Shown: positions 10,032-20,606 of the stretch, in pieces
Numbering within the stretch: position 1 is the stretch's first letter
Layout: each line of letters opens with the position of its first letter
IMG/VR virus record: IMGVR_UViG_3300022701_000122
Location: 96,001-160,000 of that record
Source: a virus
DNA: 64,000 nt
Direction: 5' to 3' (one strand)
Program-made: the position numbers and the translations under genes
Notes under the pieces: model-generated
What the model saw: the letters and a program-made list of their open reading frames with translations, nothing else
Database searches by the model: none
Told to the model about the DNA's origin: nothing

Positions 10032-10622
10032 ATGGAAGATATTTTAAGTGAATCTAAACAAAATATGGAACTACCTACTGATATAGATAACTATAGAGGT
10101 AGTTATATTGATTCAGAATATAATGTATATGGAAATAAATCAAGACAAGTTACTTTTCCAGCAGGTGAAGTTTATGTGTATGAAAAGAATTTTTTTATAT
10201 TATTAGCGAATGCTTCAAAAGTAGATTTTAAAGATAAATGGAATTATAGACCAGATTATGTTAGTTTTGAATTTTATAACACTGAGACATTATGGCCTTT
10301 AATACTTTTTGTGAATGGTATAAACTCTATAGAAGATTTTTCTGGATTGATTTATATATTTATACCAAATATGTCATCATTATATAATATAGTTAGAGAT
10401 AAAAAATATATAGAAAGCAAAATTATAGAAGATGAATCTGATCTTATAGAAAGTAAAACGGAAAAATATAAAATTTATCCACTTGATTCTAAAGAATTAG
10501 ATAGAATCAAAGCTGCTGAAATATTAACTGAAGAAACAACAACCGAGTTAACTGTTGAAGATGATTCATTCTTAGTCGATTTATCTGATATTGATTGGAT
10601 TGTCGATGGTGGAGTATTTTAA
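10032..10622 (+). CDS. Baseplate wedge protein, T4 gp53-like (LysM-like)
   Basis: YRPDYVSFEFYNTETLWPLILFVNGI matches the gp53 RP(D/E)..A...Y....LWWII...N.I pattern. Confidence 0.7.
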   Translation: MEDILSESKQNMELPTDIDNYRGSYIDSEYNVYGNKSRQVTFPAGEVYVYEKNFFILLANASKVDFKDKWNYRPDYVSFEFYNTETLWPLILFVNGINSIEDFSGLIYIFIPNMSSLYNIVRDKKYIESKIIEDESDLIESKTEKYKIYPLDSKELDRIKAAEILTEETTTELTVEDDSFLVDLSDIDWIVDGGVF

Positions 10623-10624
10623 AT

Positions 10625-11509
10625 ATGAAAATCAAAAAAGAATTTGAATTGATATATCATAAGGGAACAGATAGAGTATATAATATAGTTCCTTTATCAA
10701 AAAATACATTAAAAGCATATACTATTGATAAAATAGATGAGAATTATTTAATAGGTTTAATAAATACATATATACGAATGAAACCAAATAAAATGGGTGA
10801 AATTGTAAGAGATAATGCTAAAAAATGTATAGTTGTTAATATGCCTGAATATCCACTGCCTGGATTTTTAACAAAAAATAATTTACCAGTTATAAATCTT
10901 CATACTTTACCAGTTACAGTTATATCTGATTATTCTCCAGTTGATATATTTTCGTTATATCTTTATTCCCTATCGCTGATGATTTTTGTTAAGAATAAAT
11001 CATTTAAAGATGGCTCAGAAATAAATGTTGGAAATATGCTATTTTCAATTTTTATGAAAATGTTTGGTAAAAAGAGTGGTTTAATAGGTGCATTTAGAGA
11101 TTTAATTCCAACATTACAATTTTTAATAATGTTATATGTAACTATATCTATGATGGGTAAACCCCAAAATAAAAATTTAATTGATAAAATTGCTTCCAAA
11201 TATTATAGATCGACTGATAATATAAAACTTGATTATGATTTTTCATCTATTATAGATTTATTGAAATCTATAAATGAAAATAAGATAATAGCAATAAGTG
11301 AATATAAGTTTTCATCTACAGTCATATCTATGGGTAAGATGCAAATGTTACCTATATTTGAAGATATTTCAAGATTTTATGCGACAGTTCTTGCATCTAA
11401 TATTACCGGAAATACACAGTTTAATTATTTTATAGCTAAAACTCATGCACCGTTATTCAAGAAACTCACTGATTATGCAATATCTGAATTAAAAAGGTAT
11501 AATAAATAG
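10625..11509 (+). CDS. Hypothetical protein
   Basis: The ATG at 10625 follows a ggag RBS (track start 10595). Confidence 0.7.
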   Translation: MKIKKEFELIYHKGTDRVYNIVPLSKNTLKAYTIDKIDENYLIGLINTYIRMKPNKMGEIVRDNAKKCIVVNMPEYPLPGFLTKNNLPVINLHTLPVTVISDYSPVDIFSLYLYSLSLMIFVKNKSFKDGSEINVGNMLFSIFMKMFGKKSGLIGAFRDLIPTLQFLIMLYVTISMMGKPQNKNLIDKIASKYYRSTDNIKLDYDFSSIIDLLKSINENKIIAISEYKFSSTVISMGKMQMLPIFEDISRFYATVLASNITGNTQFNYFIAKTHAPLFKKLTDYAISELKRYNK

Positions 11510-11516
11510 GATTAAT

Positions 11517-12560
11517 ATGGCAAAAAATTTATTTGGATTTATGAGGGGTAGAGTTCAGGAAGTAGATATTCCTGAATTTAAAGAATATGGTGCTGTTAGA
11601 ATTTGGTTTCCAGATTTACATACTGATTTAGATCCAGATTTTAATCCAGATTCTTCTGGTCTTATAACATATCCAGCAAATAATCCAATTGGAGGCAGAA
11701 ACGATACTAAAGATACTTCGTATGGTGGTGGTGTCGTCTATGTTCCACGGGTTGGAGAATGGATGTTATGCTTTTTCGAACAAGGTGATTTAAAAAAACC
11801 ATTTTATTTATGCGCTTTAAATATATTTAATACTAAATTGCCTCCAGAACAAAGAGTTGATTTTAATGGAGGTTCAATCGATGAACCTCATAGTGTATAC
11901 ACTATAATACGATCACATAACGGTAGATCAATTGTTGTTGCCGATTCTGATGATGTTCAGCGTATTGAAATAACTGGTAAAAAACGAACTGGTTCCCCTG
12001 CAACAGAGCCAGCAGCAGAAAATCAAGATTCTAATTATCATATTATAGATGGAAATCAAACTACTATATTATTTGATGAACGAACAGGAAAAGAAAAAGT
12101 ATTAATAAGAACAAGACTTGGTGATTTTCTTCATATAGATGTCGATGAGAGAAGAATGCAAGCGTTTTTTAAAGAAGATATAAGAATTCAAACAGATCAC
12201 GATTTACATTTAAAAGTTAAAAATGATGTACATATGGAAGTTGGTAATGATTTATTTATTAAAGTTAAAAATGATAAACATTTAAATGTAAATAATGATA
12301 TAAAAGATACAGCTTTAAACAATATGCACATTAAAGCTAATTCATCTTTATATGAAGAAGCTGGTTCAGAAATAAATCAGAAAAGTGGTGGTGGATTTAA
12401 CATGCAAGCTGGTGGGACCATGAATGAAAAAGCAGGGGGAAATGTAAATATTGATGGTTCTATGACGAATGAGCAAACTGGTGCTGCCTCTGGTGCTTCT
12501 GGTGCTACACAATCGAAAATAGCCAAACCAATAGAACCAGTTGGTAAGAGGGAAACATAA
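11517..12560 (+). CDS. Baseplate hub/central spike, gp5/VgrG-like
   Basis: OB-fold pattern GRV...G.VRIWFP...VP.VGEW..CFFEQGD...PFYL, plus C-terminal beta-helix repeats (LHLKVKND, LFIKVKND). Confidence 0.85.
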   Translation: MAKNLFGFMRGRVQEVDIPEFKEYGAVRIWFPDLHTDLDPDFNPDSSGLITYPANNPIGGRNDTKDTSYGGGVVYVPRVGEWMLCFFEQGDLKKPFYLCALNIFNTKLPPEQRVDFNGGSIDEPHSVYTIIRSHNGRSIVVADSDDVQRIEITGKKRTGSPATEPAAENQDSNYHIIDGNQTTILFDERTGKEKVLIRTRLGDFLHIDVDERRMQAFFKEDIRIQTDHDLHLKVKNDVHMEVGNDLFIKVKNDKHLNVNNDIKDTALNNMHIKANSSLYEEAGSEINQKSGGGFNMQAGGTMNEKAGGNVNIDGSMTNEQTGAASGASGATQSKIAKPIEPVGKRET

Positions 12561-12562
12561 TA

Positions 12563-13783
12563 ATGAGTGATGATACGAAAGAACTTGTAAGATCTAAATT
12601 ACTTGATGTTTTTGATAAAGAATTAGAAGTTTTTATAAATACATTTACTACAAGTGTTTTAACAAATGTTGCTATAGTAGAATCTACATTAAGACGACAT
12701 ACATTTAACCCTGTATCTTTTGTAGATTTCTATAAAGGTCAATTATTAAATGGTGTTGGTGATGCAGTTCCAGATATAGATATAACTACAATTAATGAAT
12801 TAATAAATACGTGTGAATACTTAAGTGATACTTATGGTACGAATACAAGTTTGATAAGATCATTTGCATCTAATGTTGGAGATTTAGCAAAAGAATATGT
12901 TGAATCTTTTGATAATATGCCTGATGAATTTAATATAGCTATGGATATGGTTGATATGGTTGATGCTTATTCTGAATATACTGTATATGAAGATTTTGCA
13001 AGATTAGATAGTATGTTAACATGTATGTCTACTGATGAGTTAACTAAAGATGAAGATGGAGATATATTAACTACATTTGTTTCTCAAGTTGATAGCAGAA
13101 TATCTACTTTGGAGACGGTTATTGAAACTATGAGAATTGGCGATGATAATGAATTAGATATATCTATGGTTTATGATAATGCTTCAGTTTCAACAAATGA
13201 TCAAGAAATAATGGATAGTGCATATAATGCTGTTGGTATTGTTTTTGGTAAATTTAAATCCATTCATGAAAATGCATTAAATAAATCATTAGATAATGAT
13301 ACATCTATAACTTATATTTATTCTCATTTTAATGAATCTTCTGTTACATCATCTTCTGATCACTATGATTCTATAGATTCAACTTTTGAAAATTCTACCA
13401 CAATAACAGAGTTTTTTGATGCATTAGAACTTCCAGTTGATATAACTAATAAAGTTGGTATGTTAGATGTTGCAATAGAAATAACTGATACAGCAATATA
13501 TGAAGAAGAAGTTCCAACTGATAGATTACCATGTTTTTCAAGATATACTGCAACAGTCAATTTAACAATTGGTAATACAACAAAAAGTGGAACAGGAGAA
13601 TATGTTTATGGTATACCTGTTAGATTATTGGGATGTGGTGTATATGGTGTAACTCAACTCACATCACCAACAAGTGAAGAACTTATAATATATAAAAGTA
13701 GTTTACTTATTGCTATAAAGAATGCAATACGCAATGCTATAGATAATTTCGAATTAAATGAAATAGATATTCAGTTGTACTAA
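12563..13783 (+). CDS. Acidic hypothetical protein in the baseplate module
   Basis: 406-aa ORF coupled to the gp5-like gene. Confidence 0.7.
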   Translation: MSDDTKELVRSKLLDVFDKELEVFINTFTTSVLTNVAIVESTLRRHTFNPVSFVDFYKGQLLNGVGDAVPDIDITTINELINTCEYLSDTYGTNTSLIRSFASNVGDLAKEYVESFDNMPDEFNIAMDMVDMVDAYSEYTVYEDFARLDSMLTCMSTDELTKDEDGDILTTFVSQVDSRISTLETVIETMRIGDDNELDISMVYDNASVSTNDQEIMDSAYNAVGIVFGKFKSIHENALNKSLDNDTSITYIYSHFNESSVTSSSDHYDSIDSTFENSTTITEFFDALELPVDITNKVGMLDVAIEITDTAIYEEEVPTDRLPCFSRYTATVNLTIGNTTKSGTGEYVYGIPVRLLGCGVYGVTQLTSPTSEELIIYKSSLLIAIKNAIRNAIDNFELNEIDIQLY

Positions 13784-13797
13784 AAGGACTAAAAAAT

Positions 13798-14193
13798 ATG
13801 AAAATGGATGCAGATCTTTATAAAAATAAAGATATAAGATTGGGATATAATAATAGTGGTTATATTCTTGAATGTGATAGAGGATTAGAGTTAAAAATAA
13901 AGGGTGATTTAACATTAACTGTTGATGGTGAACTTAATTTAATAACAGTTAATGAAAATATAAATGTTGATTCAGTTGGTGGTAAAATACAACTGAATAG
14001 TAGAGAATCAAAACAAATTAAAAATACAAAAGAAGCAGAACAATATAAAAAAGAAAACCATACTGAGAAATTGAGTTATGCTGGTTTGGCACAGAGTGGT
14101 ATTGCTTTATTAATTTCTGGTAAACTTGGGAAATATAAAGCAATTGTTAATGTATTATTGAAAATATATAGATGGGTGAAAAAATATGCCTAA
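13798..14193 (+). CDS. Small protein resembling a gp5 C-terminal beta-helix fragment
   Basis: LELKIKGDLTLTVDGELNL...NINVDSVGGKIQLNS. Confidence 0.5.
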   Translation: MKMDADLYKNKDIRLGYNNSGYILECDRGLELKIKGDLTLTVDGELNLITVNENINVDSVGGKIQLNSRESKQIKNTKEAEQYKKENHTEKLSYAGLAQSGIALLISGKLGKYKAIVNVLLKIYRWVKKYA

Positions 14194-17100
14194 GACAATA
14201 AGAAATCAAGATAATTTTATTAATGCTTATACATATATAACTGAACAATTAGATATATATGATTATAAGTTAGAAACTGATATAGATATTCTCGAAATGA
14301 AGTTGAGAGCTTTAGATGGTCCAGTAAATGCTGAAGAATCTGGCGGTATGAAATTCGAATCAAATAAACTATATTTTCCAGATTCAAAAGTTATCATTAC
14401 AACTGATAATGGTCCAAAGATATATAAGTGCAATACTCTTCATGTATCAGGAATAAGAGAATTTAAGAGATTAAGTAAAATACAAAAATGGTCGCCAAAT
14501 ATAACATATAAAGCAGCAAATAGTAAAACTCATACAACTTATAATGGTGGAGCAGATCCCTGGGGAACATACTCTGAATCGTATTATGGTGATGTTGTAA
14601 GTTATCAAGATAAATTATATTTAGTTGTATCAGATTTTACAAGCTGTTATGAATTTGATAATGGATCATTAGATGAAATTGAATCATGGTCATATTGGTC
14701 TAAGTTGACAGATTATGATAATGGAGCATTAGTTGTTTCCAATGGTTATTTATGGGAATGTACTACACCACATGTAAGTGGTGATCTATTTGAAACAAAG
14801 CCATCTTTCTTTAGTAAATATTGGACTGAAGAAGGAGATGCTTTAGTTTGGGAATCTGATTCAAATGTGCCAATTGATCATTTTTCTTCTCTAAAAAATG
14901 AGTTACAATTATTGGATTTATATGTGAGAACAGAAGAAGACAAATTAATTGGAAATGAAATGTCATATAGTGAAGAAATTAATAAACGAGTAGTTCAAAT
15001 GGTTAATTTTTCAATGATGATAAATCTTGATACTGGATATCAAAATCAAGATTTCGATTTTCCAATTATACTTAGACCACCTTTATTAACAACTGATCAA
15101 ACAGAAGAAATATATCAATTATATCTTACTAAAAAAGCAAATAATGAATTAGATGTTCCATCTGATTATTTATTCAAAGTTGCTTCAAATTGTGTAGATG
15201 AGGAAGTCGTAAGTGCTGAGAACTCATTAAGTGGATTTATTTCACCACTTATTCAACTTGATGGAATTAGAGATGCGTCTCAAAAAATGAGAAGTGAACT
15301 TGATTCAAAAATAGCATATAGAGAAAAATTATATGATGAATTACATGATTTAGTATATAGTGTATTAACAACCGATCCAAATGTTACTACAAGAGATCAA
15401 TTATCATTAGCTAAAACATGGCGTCCAAATACAAGATATGAAAAATGGGATATGATAACTTCTGTTAAACCTGGAACCGTTGTTGCTGGATTATATGACA
15501 CATCTACTTTCAGTTTTACTTCAGCTATGGATCATTATGATACGTATGGTTCTCCTGGTCATATATGGATATGTAAATACGCACATACGAGTGGAACCAT
15601 ACATCCGACTATGGATAATACAGATGATCCTCCTCCAGGTCTTGGAAAAAGATCTGTAATGTACAAAGATCCAAATACTGATGAACCAATATGGCCTTTT
15701 CCATATTGGTGTGATGATTGTGAGACAAATTCTGATACTGCTACATGTAGTGAATGTAGCGGATCAAATGTATCTATACTAAATGAGGAAACTATATGGG
15801 TAAGACCATTGTGTACAGATTCTACAGCATTTATAGATTCAAATCTTACATTTAGTCCTAATCAAGATGATCCTCATGATTGGGAATCTGGTTTTATTCC
15901 AATGGTTTATTATCATCATAATTCTTCGAATGAAAGTGTTCTTCCAGATACAACGTTGCAAGATGAAGAGAGTAAATTTGGAGTAGCACAAACACAAGTA
16001 GATTATTCGACATTTGGAATAGTTGATGTAGAAGGTGATACTATACCATTTTTATTACTCAGATATTACAGTATGATATTTAAAATGGATAGATCTGGTT
16101 ATTCTACATCATTAGCAACACCTGTATCCCAAGGTAATCCTTTATATTGGCTTAATGATGCTCTTGATAATTTATCTTTGTCATTCGTTGGAATTGAACC
16201 AAAATTAAATGGTACTTTAGCAGATGAAGTAAAATTATTATCAATAGCATTTATGCCACAACGAAATCATGTTCCACCACAGAATGAGTGTTGCAAAGGT
16301 GGAAGTGGTGAAGGTACAACGATTCCAGAACCATCTGATATTCCAGGAGAACCACTTGAAGACGATACGCAAAGTGTAAAAAGAAGATCACATGATATTA
16401 GTAAATGTAATACATGTGAATTCGAATATGATAGTTGGGTTGATGCATATATATCTGGTTGTCCAAGATGTGGTTCTAATACAGAGCAATCAAGAACTGA
16501 ACTTGGTAGAGCATTAAAACCGATGAATTGTGGTAAAGTTAAACCTTGGTGTACTGGTATGAAAATACATCCATCGTTTGGTCCAAATGGAACGCTATCT
16601 CCAACAAATGCGAAATTTGCGTCACCAGGATCTTCTGATGATCCATATTGTTATGGTGCTGGAGATTCTCCACCAGTTGTATCTGATTGTACACCATGTT
16701 ATGGTTGTAGTATAGCTATACCAGAACCACTTGTTATTCCAACAAATTCAGATACAGTGTTTTCTTATAAAAAAAGAATATGGAAACATTGGGCACAAAT
16801 AGCGACTGGTTGGATTTGTACATATCTAACTGATCCAACAGTAATATGGCCTGGAGATCATCGTGCAGGAGAAAGTGATGATGAATATCAAGATCCAGAT
16901 CCATCTAATCCGGGGTGTGGAGATCCTTCTAATTTTTGGCCATATAATTGGGCAGATGCTCCAGATGCAGTATCTGGTGGATGGAATGATTTTTATGCTG
17001 AACCTGTTAGTAATGCGCCAGGAGATGGATATATATCAAAATATACTGCTATAGATGGTCATGATATAAACACGTATGGTGATTATTATGGTACACCCGA

Positions 17101-17464
17101 AGAATGTTTTAAACCATTTGCATTTTGTAGATTTACCGATTCTGGAGAATGTGGTGAAACTTCTGGTATTAGTACAGTAAGAGATAGAAATAATTTAATA
17201 TCAAGAGGACCAGGACCAGGACCAGGAGTATTATCTGTTGAAAGATTTGCTATATTAAATATAAGATTTAGAACTATAAATAATGAATTGAATAATAAAA
17301 CTCTTGCTATTGGTAATGAACAGATAGTAGAAATATTAGATAATGTTGGTATGCCAAATTTCAAAAATGATTACATCGAAGCATTTCAGAATTTAAAAAG
17401 ACAGAAAATAAATAATATATATACACTTACAGAATATTGCAACGAATGGGTTGTAACACTGTAA
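14186..17464 (+). CDS. Large probable tail/receptor-binding protein with CBM5/12-like W-Y-GD repeats and Cys-rich segments
   Basis: WSPNITY...YGDVVSYQDKLY; WSKLTDYDNGALVVSNGYLWECTTPH; WRPNTRYEKWD...WICKYAHTS; several CxxC pairs. Confidence 0.6.
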   Translation: MPKTIRNQDNFINAYTYITEQLDIYDYKLETDIDILEMKLRALDGPVNAEESGGMKFESNKLYFPDSKVIITTDNGPKIYKCNTLHVSGIREFKRLSKIQKWSPNITYKAANSKTHTTYNGGADPWGTYSESYYGDVVSYQDKLYLVVSDFTSCYEFDNGSLDEIESWSYWSKLTDYDNGALVVSNGYLWECTTPHVSGDLFETKPSFFSKYWTEEGDALVWESDSNVPIDHFSSLKNELQLLDLYVRTEEDKLIGNEMSYSEEINKRVVQMVNFSMMINLDTGYQNQDFDFPIILRPPLLTTDQTEEIYQLYLTKKANNELDVPSDYLFKVASNCVDEEVVSAENSLSGFISPLIQLDGIRDASQKMRSELDSKIAYREKLYDELHDLVYSVLTTDPNVTTRDQLSLAKTWRPNTRYEKWDMITSVKPGTVVAGLYDTSTFSFTSAMDHYDTYGSPGHIWICKYAHTSGTIHPTMDNTDDPPPGLGKRSVMYKDPNTDEPIWPFPYWCDDCETNSDTATCSECSGSNVSILNEETIWVRPLCTDSTAFIDSNLTFSPNQDDPHDWESGFIPMVYYHHNSSNESVLPDTTLQDEESKFGVAQTQVDYSTFGIVDVEGDTIPFLLLRYYSMIFKMDRSGYSTSLATPVSQGNPLYWLNDALDNLSLSFVGIEPKLNGTLADEVKLLSIAFMPQRNHVPPQNECCKGGSGEGTTIPEPSDIPGEPLEDDTQSVKRRSHDISKCNTCEFEYDSWVDAYISGCPRCGSNTEQSRTELGRALKPMNCGKVKPWCTGMKIHPSFGPNGTLSPTNAKFASPGSSDDPYCYGAGDSPPVVSDCTPCYGCSIAIPEPLVIPTNSDTVFSYKKRIWKHWAQIATGWICTYLTDPTVIWPGDHRAGESDDEYQDPDPSNPGCGDPSNFWPYNWADAPDAVSGGWNDFYAEPVSNAPGDGYISKYTAIDGHDINTYGDYYGTPEECFKPFAFCRFTDSGECGETSGISTVRDRNNLISRGPGPGPGVLSVERFAILNIRFRTINNELNNKTLAIGNEQIVEILDNVGMPNFKNDYIEAFQNLKRQKINNIYTLTEYCNEWVVTL

Positions 17465-17491
17465 TGTTAAATATGAGAGGACAAAAAATAA

Positions 17492-17737
17492 ATGCCAGGA
17501 GCCTGTAGAATTGGAGATCTTCATGTCCCACCATTAATTGATATTGGTGGATCAAGTGATGTAATTATAAATAGTCGTGGTGCACATAGAATTGGAGATG
17601 TTCATATCCCTATGGCTATTCAGATAACTGGTTCACCAGATGTTATTGCAAATGGTAAAGGTATAGCAAGAATAGGTGATATATCTTCACCAATTGCAAT
17701 TGAAGTAGTTGGATCAAGTGATACTATACTTGACTGA
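17492..17737 (+). CDS. PAAR-like spike tip protein
   Basis: Three RIGD repeats with GSxDVIxNxxGxxRIGD spacing. Confidence 0.85.
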   Translation: MPGACRIGDLHVPPLIDIGGSSDVIINSRGAHRIGDVHIPMAIQITGSPDVIANGKGIARIGDISSPIAIEVVGSSDTILD

Positions 17738-17751
17738 GAAAGGTGATTTAA

Positions 17752-18294
17752 ATGGCAATACCATTAATACTAAATAATTACAAATTAGCAAATAAACTAC
17801 CACAAAATATAATATTGCACCATGTTGCCTGTAAAGAAATAAGTGATGAGTATGATTTTGATAATTCTCGTTTACAATCACCAAAATATTCACTTGATAG
17901 TTATAGACAAAGTAAAAGAGAAACTGGATTTAATTTTATAATAGATAGATTTAAAAATGATTTTCAAGTTATCGTAAGTCAGCCTCTTGGAACGTTATGT
18001 GTTTATGATGATATAGATGAAAGTTTTCATAAAGATATTCATATTGGTTTTATGGGAAATTATAATGAAGATATGCCAATGAATAGATTTTATAGAGTTT
18101 TAACTTATAGATTATTATCCCCATTATTACGATCTTTTAGATTACAAGAATTTAATATTTTATTCCATTCTACATTATCAGATGACGACTCTTGTAGTTG
18201 TCCTGGTCAATTCATTGATATGGGTAAAATACTTAATAATCTAAGATCTGTACATAAACGCATACCATTAAATAGATCAAAAACAAGAGGTTAA
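17752..18294 (+). CDS. N-acetylmuramoyl-L-alanine amidase (Amidase_2/PGRP-like)
   Basis: IILHHV, GFNFII, HIGFMGNYN, ILFH, SCPG metal-ligand pattern. Confidence 0.7.
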   Translation: MAIPLILNNYKLANKLPQNIILHHVACKEISDEYDFDNSRLQSPKYSLDSYRQSKRETGFNFIIDRFKNDFQVIVSQPLGTLCVYDDIDESFHKDIHIGFMGNYNEDMPMNRFYRVLTYRLLSPLLRSFRLQEFNILFHSTLSDDDSCSCPGQFIDMGKILNNLRSVHKRIPLNRSKTRG

Positions 18295-18298
18295 TAAA

Positions 18299-18595
18299 AT
18301 GGATAAAGATAAATTAGAAGAATTGTATAAAGATAACATTCAAACAAATGAATTAATGGAAGATGATGATGAGAAGTTATTTCTGTCTGAATTAACTGCA
18401 AGTACAACAAAAGTAACTAAAAGAACTAAACTAAAGCAACAAGCTGGCGTTCAAGCGTTAAGAATAGCCAAAGAGAAAAATGATCCATTATACAAAAAAT
18501 ATAAAAGATACAATACAATGAGACTTGAAATTAAAAAGAAACTAATGGACAAGTACTCAAGAAAGGGTATGCAATACGTAAGGAAAAATCTTTAA
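18299..18595 (+). CDS. Small basic hypothetical (likely virion) protein
   Basis: Acidic N-terminus and basic C-terminus (AKEKNDPLYKKY). Confidence 0.7.
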   Translation: MDKDKLEELYKDNIQTNELMEDDDEKLFLSELTASTTKVTKRTKLKQQAGVQALRIAKEKNDPLYKKYKRYNTMRLEIKKKLMDKYSRKGMQYVRKNL

Positions 18596-18600
18596 TTAAC

Positions 18601-18623
18601 TATATATATTAAATAATAACATT
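18601..18623 (+). promoter_or_regulatory. Putative promoter motif B (TATATATATTAAAT-N3-AACAT)
   Basis: tatatatattaaat-aat-aacatt; recurs at 29623, 44467, 53583, 54255, 55678 and 56483. Confidence 0.55.
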
Positions 18624-18645
18624 GTTGGATTTATATGATAATGTT

Positions 18646-18776
18646 TGGTTAAGAGTGTGGAGAACCTTGGTCAGCCCGTGGTGGTCACGGGTGGGTTAAT
18701 TTCAGTTTTCTGGGTCTATTCTCTGGTGGTGGGGAATGGGTCCTTCTCCGACTGAATATCTTCATGCTCTTAACCA
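18646..18776 (+). ncRNA. Unassigned structured RNA (long closing stem, two hairpins with UGGUGG-containing loops)
   Basis: GC-rich intergenic island; tggttaagagtgtggaga pairs with tcttcatgctcttaacca; G-U pairs work only on the + strand; a T tract follows. Confidence 0.7.
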
Positions 18777-18825
18777 TTTTTTTAACTAATTGTTTCTTTT
18801 TATATAAAGGATCTTTTTTATTTTT

Positions 18826-19092
18826 ATGAATTTTGAAGATATAAAATTAACATTAGAATTGATAAATGTTGTTATTGATGAATCTTGTTGCGAAGAAGTT
18901 AAAAGAGAATCAATAATATTATTATTAACTGATATATATGAATTTATGAAGATCGTTGTAGATAATGATCATCTTGAAGAATCACCAAATGATTATTATA
19001 ATCATTTGCGTTTATTGATTTTATTCAATAAAACATTAGAATCTGAAGAGAAATTAAAGTTATTAACTTTATTTAGAACTATTTCTATATGA
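18826..19092 (+). CDS. Hypothetical protein
   Basis: 88-aa ORF overlapping the next start (ATGA). Confidence 0.6.
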   Translation: MNFEDIKLTLELINVVIDESCCEEVKRESIILLLTDIYEFMKIVVDNDHLEESPNDYYNHLRLLILFNKTLESEEKLKLLTLFRTISI

Positions 19093-20540
19093 AAAGGAGA
19101 TTTATGTTAAGATTTGTAAAAAAGAAAAAAGAAAAAAGAAAATGGAAAGTTTTTTTGGGAAATGAACAATTAGTAGAATTATCATTTAAACCAAATACAA
19201 TAACCAATAAATTCAAAGTTGTTGTTGAAACTATAGAAGATATGAGTAATGACATCGATGAATTTGGAGATTGGTATTCTGAATTATTGTCTAAATATAT
19301 TGAAGATGGATATAATGCAGAGATAATACTTGATAATACAATAAAATTGCTACAATATTCAATAGAATATGTAGATGGTAAAAAAGTTGATTTTAGTGAG
19401 TTTGTAAATATATCTAAATCAAATAAGACATCAATTATGTTCTATGAAAATGATTTAAGAGCAATAAGTATTGTATCTACATGTCTGAAATTATTATCTA
19501 TGTATGCATATGATGAACAAATACGAATAAACGAAAATGTTTATAAATCTATATATGAAAAATTAATAACTCCATGTGTGCAATTAGATACAACAACAAA
19601 AATATTTCAATTAGTAAGATCAAGAATTTATAGATCTGCAATAACTGACAGATACATGTGGGAATGGGTGAAAAATGCAATATTTGAAACACCAGAATCA
19701 TTTGTTATGACAATATTTAATTATGTTATGACAAATATATTATCTATTATAACAATTGGTAGAAATCCAATTCCCTACATTGTATCAATTATAGATGATA
19801 GTATTAAATGGTTAATGAAATCTCAGTATAAAGATAAGTTCTTATATGGAGAATCATATGGTGACTCTAATGATCTTTATGGATCATCTTTATCTAAAGA
19901 TGCGTTTTATATTTATTGTTGTAATGATACAATAATAAAGGGTGCAAAAATAGGTATGGATCTATTAGAACATGAGTACAATGTTACACATGATCAATTT
20001 GATGAAATAAGAGATAGACTTGATCAAATAAATGTTTTAACTCCAAATATCAAATTACTTATAATGCCCATTATATCAAAGATATTAGATATACCTTATA
20101 AATATCTTTTAACATGTCCACCAAAACATGCTTTATTATTGGGAGTCTTTATACATTATATATCAAAAGATCAATTTAAAAATAGATTTCCTATAATACT
20201 AAAGTATATGATATCTTGTCCAAATAGAACAGAACAAGCATTCATGTCCACAAGAAGTAGCTATAAAATAAGAAATCTTGAATTTATAATAAACGATGAA
20301 AATAGTAATATATTTGGATTTAAATCAGCAGTTGTTAAATTTGATATAATGAGTAGTATATGTGGAGTTTTGTCAGCTTCTAAAAAGAACTTGATAAATT
20401 TAATAACTGGAAAAAGATTAACTAAAATTACTTATCTTGATTTGGAACATGATATAACTAATTTTTTCACAGGATTATATTCTGGTTCTTTAAATCCATT
20501 ATTTGAAAAATTAAAAGACAAAGCAGATTTGTATTATTAA
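19089..20540 (+). CDS. Hypothetical protein (483 aa)
   Basis: Long ORF; no motif recognised. Confidence 0.75.
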   Translation: MKRRFMLRFVKKKKEKRKWKVFLGNEQLVELSFKPNTITNKFKVVVETIEDMSNDIDEFGDWYSELLSKYIEDGYNAEIILDNTIKLLQYSIEYVDGKKVDFSEFVNISKSNKTSIMFYENDLRAISIVSTCLKLLSMYAYDEQIRINENVYKSIYEKLITPCVQLDTTTKIFQLVRSRIYRSAITDRYMWEWVKNAIFETPESFVMTIFNYVMTNILSIITIGRNPIPYIVSIIDDSIKWLMKSQYKDKFLYGESYGDSNDLYGSSLSKDAFYIYCCNDTIIKGAKIGMDLLEHEYNVTHDQFDEIRDRLDQINVLTPNIKLLIMPIISKILDIPYKYLLTCPPKHALLLGVFIHYISKDQFKNRFPIILKYMISCPNRTEQAFMSTRSSYKIRNLEFIINDENSNIFGFKSAVVKFDIMSSICGVLSASKKNLINLITGKRLTKITYLDLEHDITNFFTGLYSGSLNPLFEKLKDKADLYY

Positions 20541-20606
20541 GTTTCTACTGTTTTTCAAACAGATTCATTAATTTTATATATATGGTAAAAATAAGGGATT
20601 TGAAAA

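Noticed and set aside
17479-17493. Motif A match before the PAAR-like gene (and at 34378)
   Set aside because: Explained equally well as a GAGGA RBS plus A/T spacer plus ATG; not counted as a promoter.
19089-20540. Possible sigma-like/promoter-specificity RNAP subunit
   Set aside because: Position is suggestive but no sigma region 2/4 motif could be recognised; left as hypothetical pending structure prediction.
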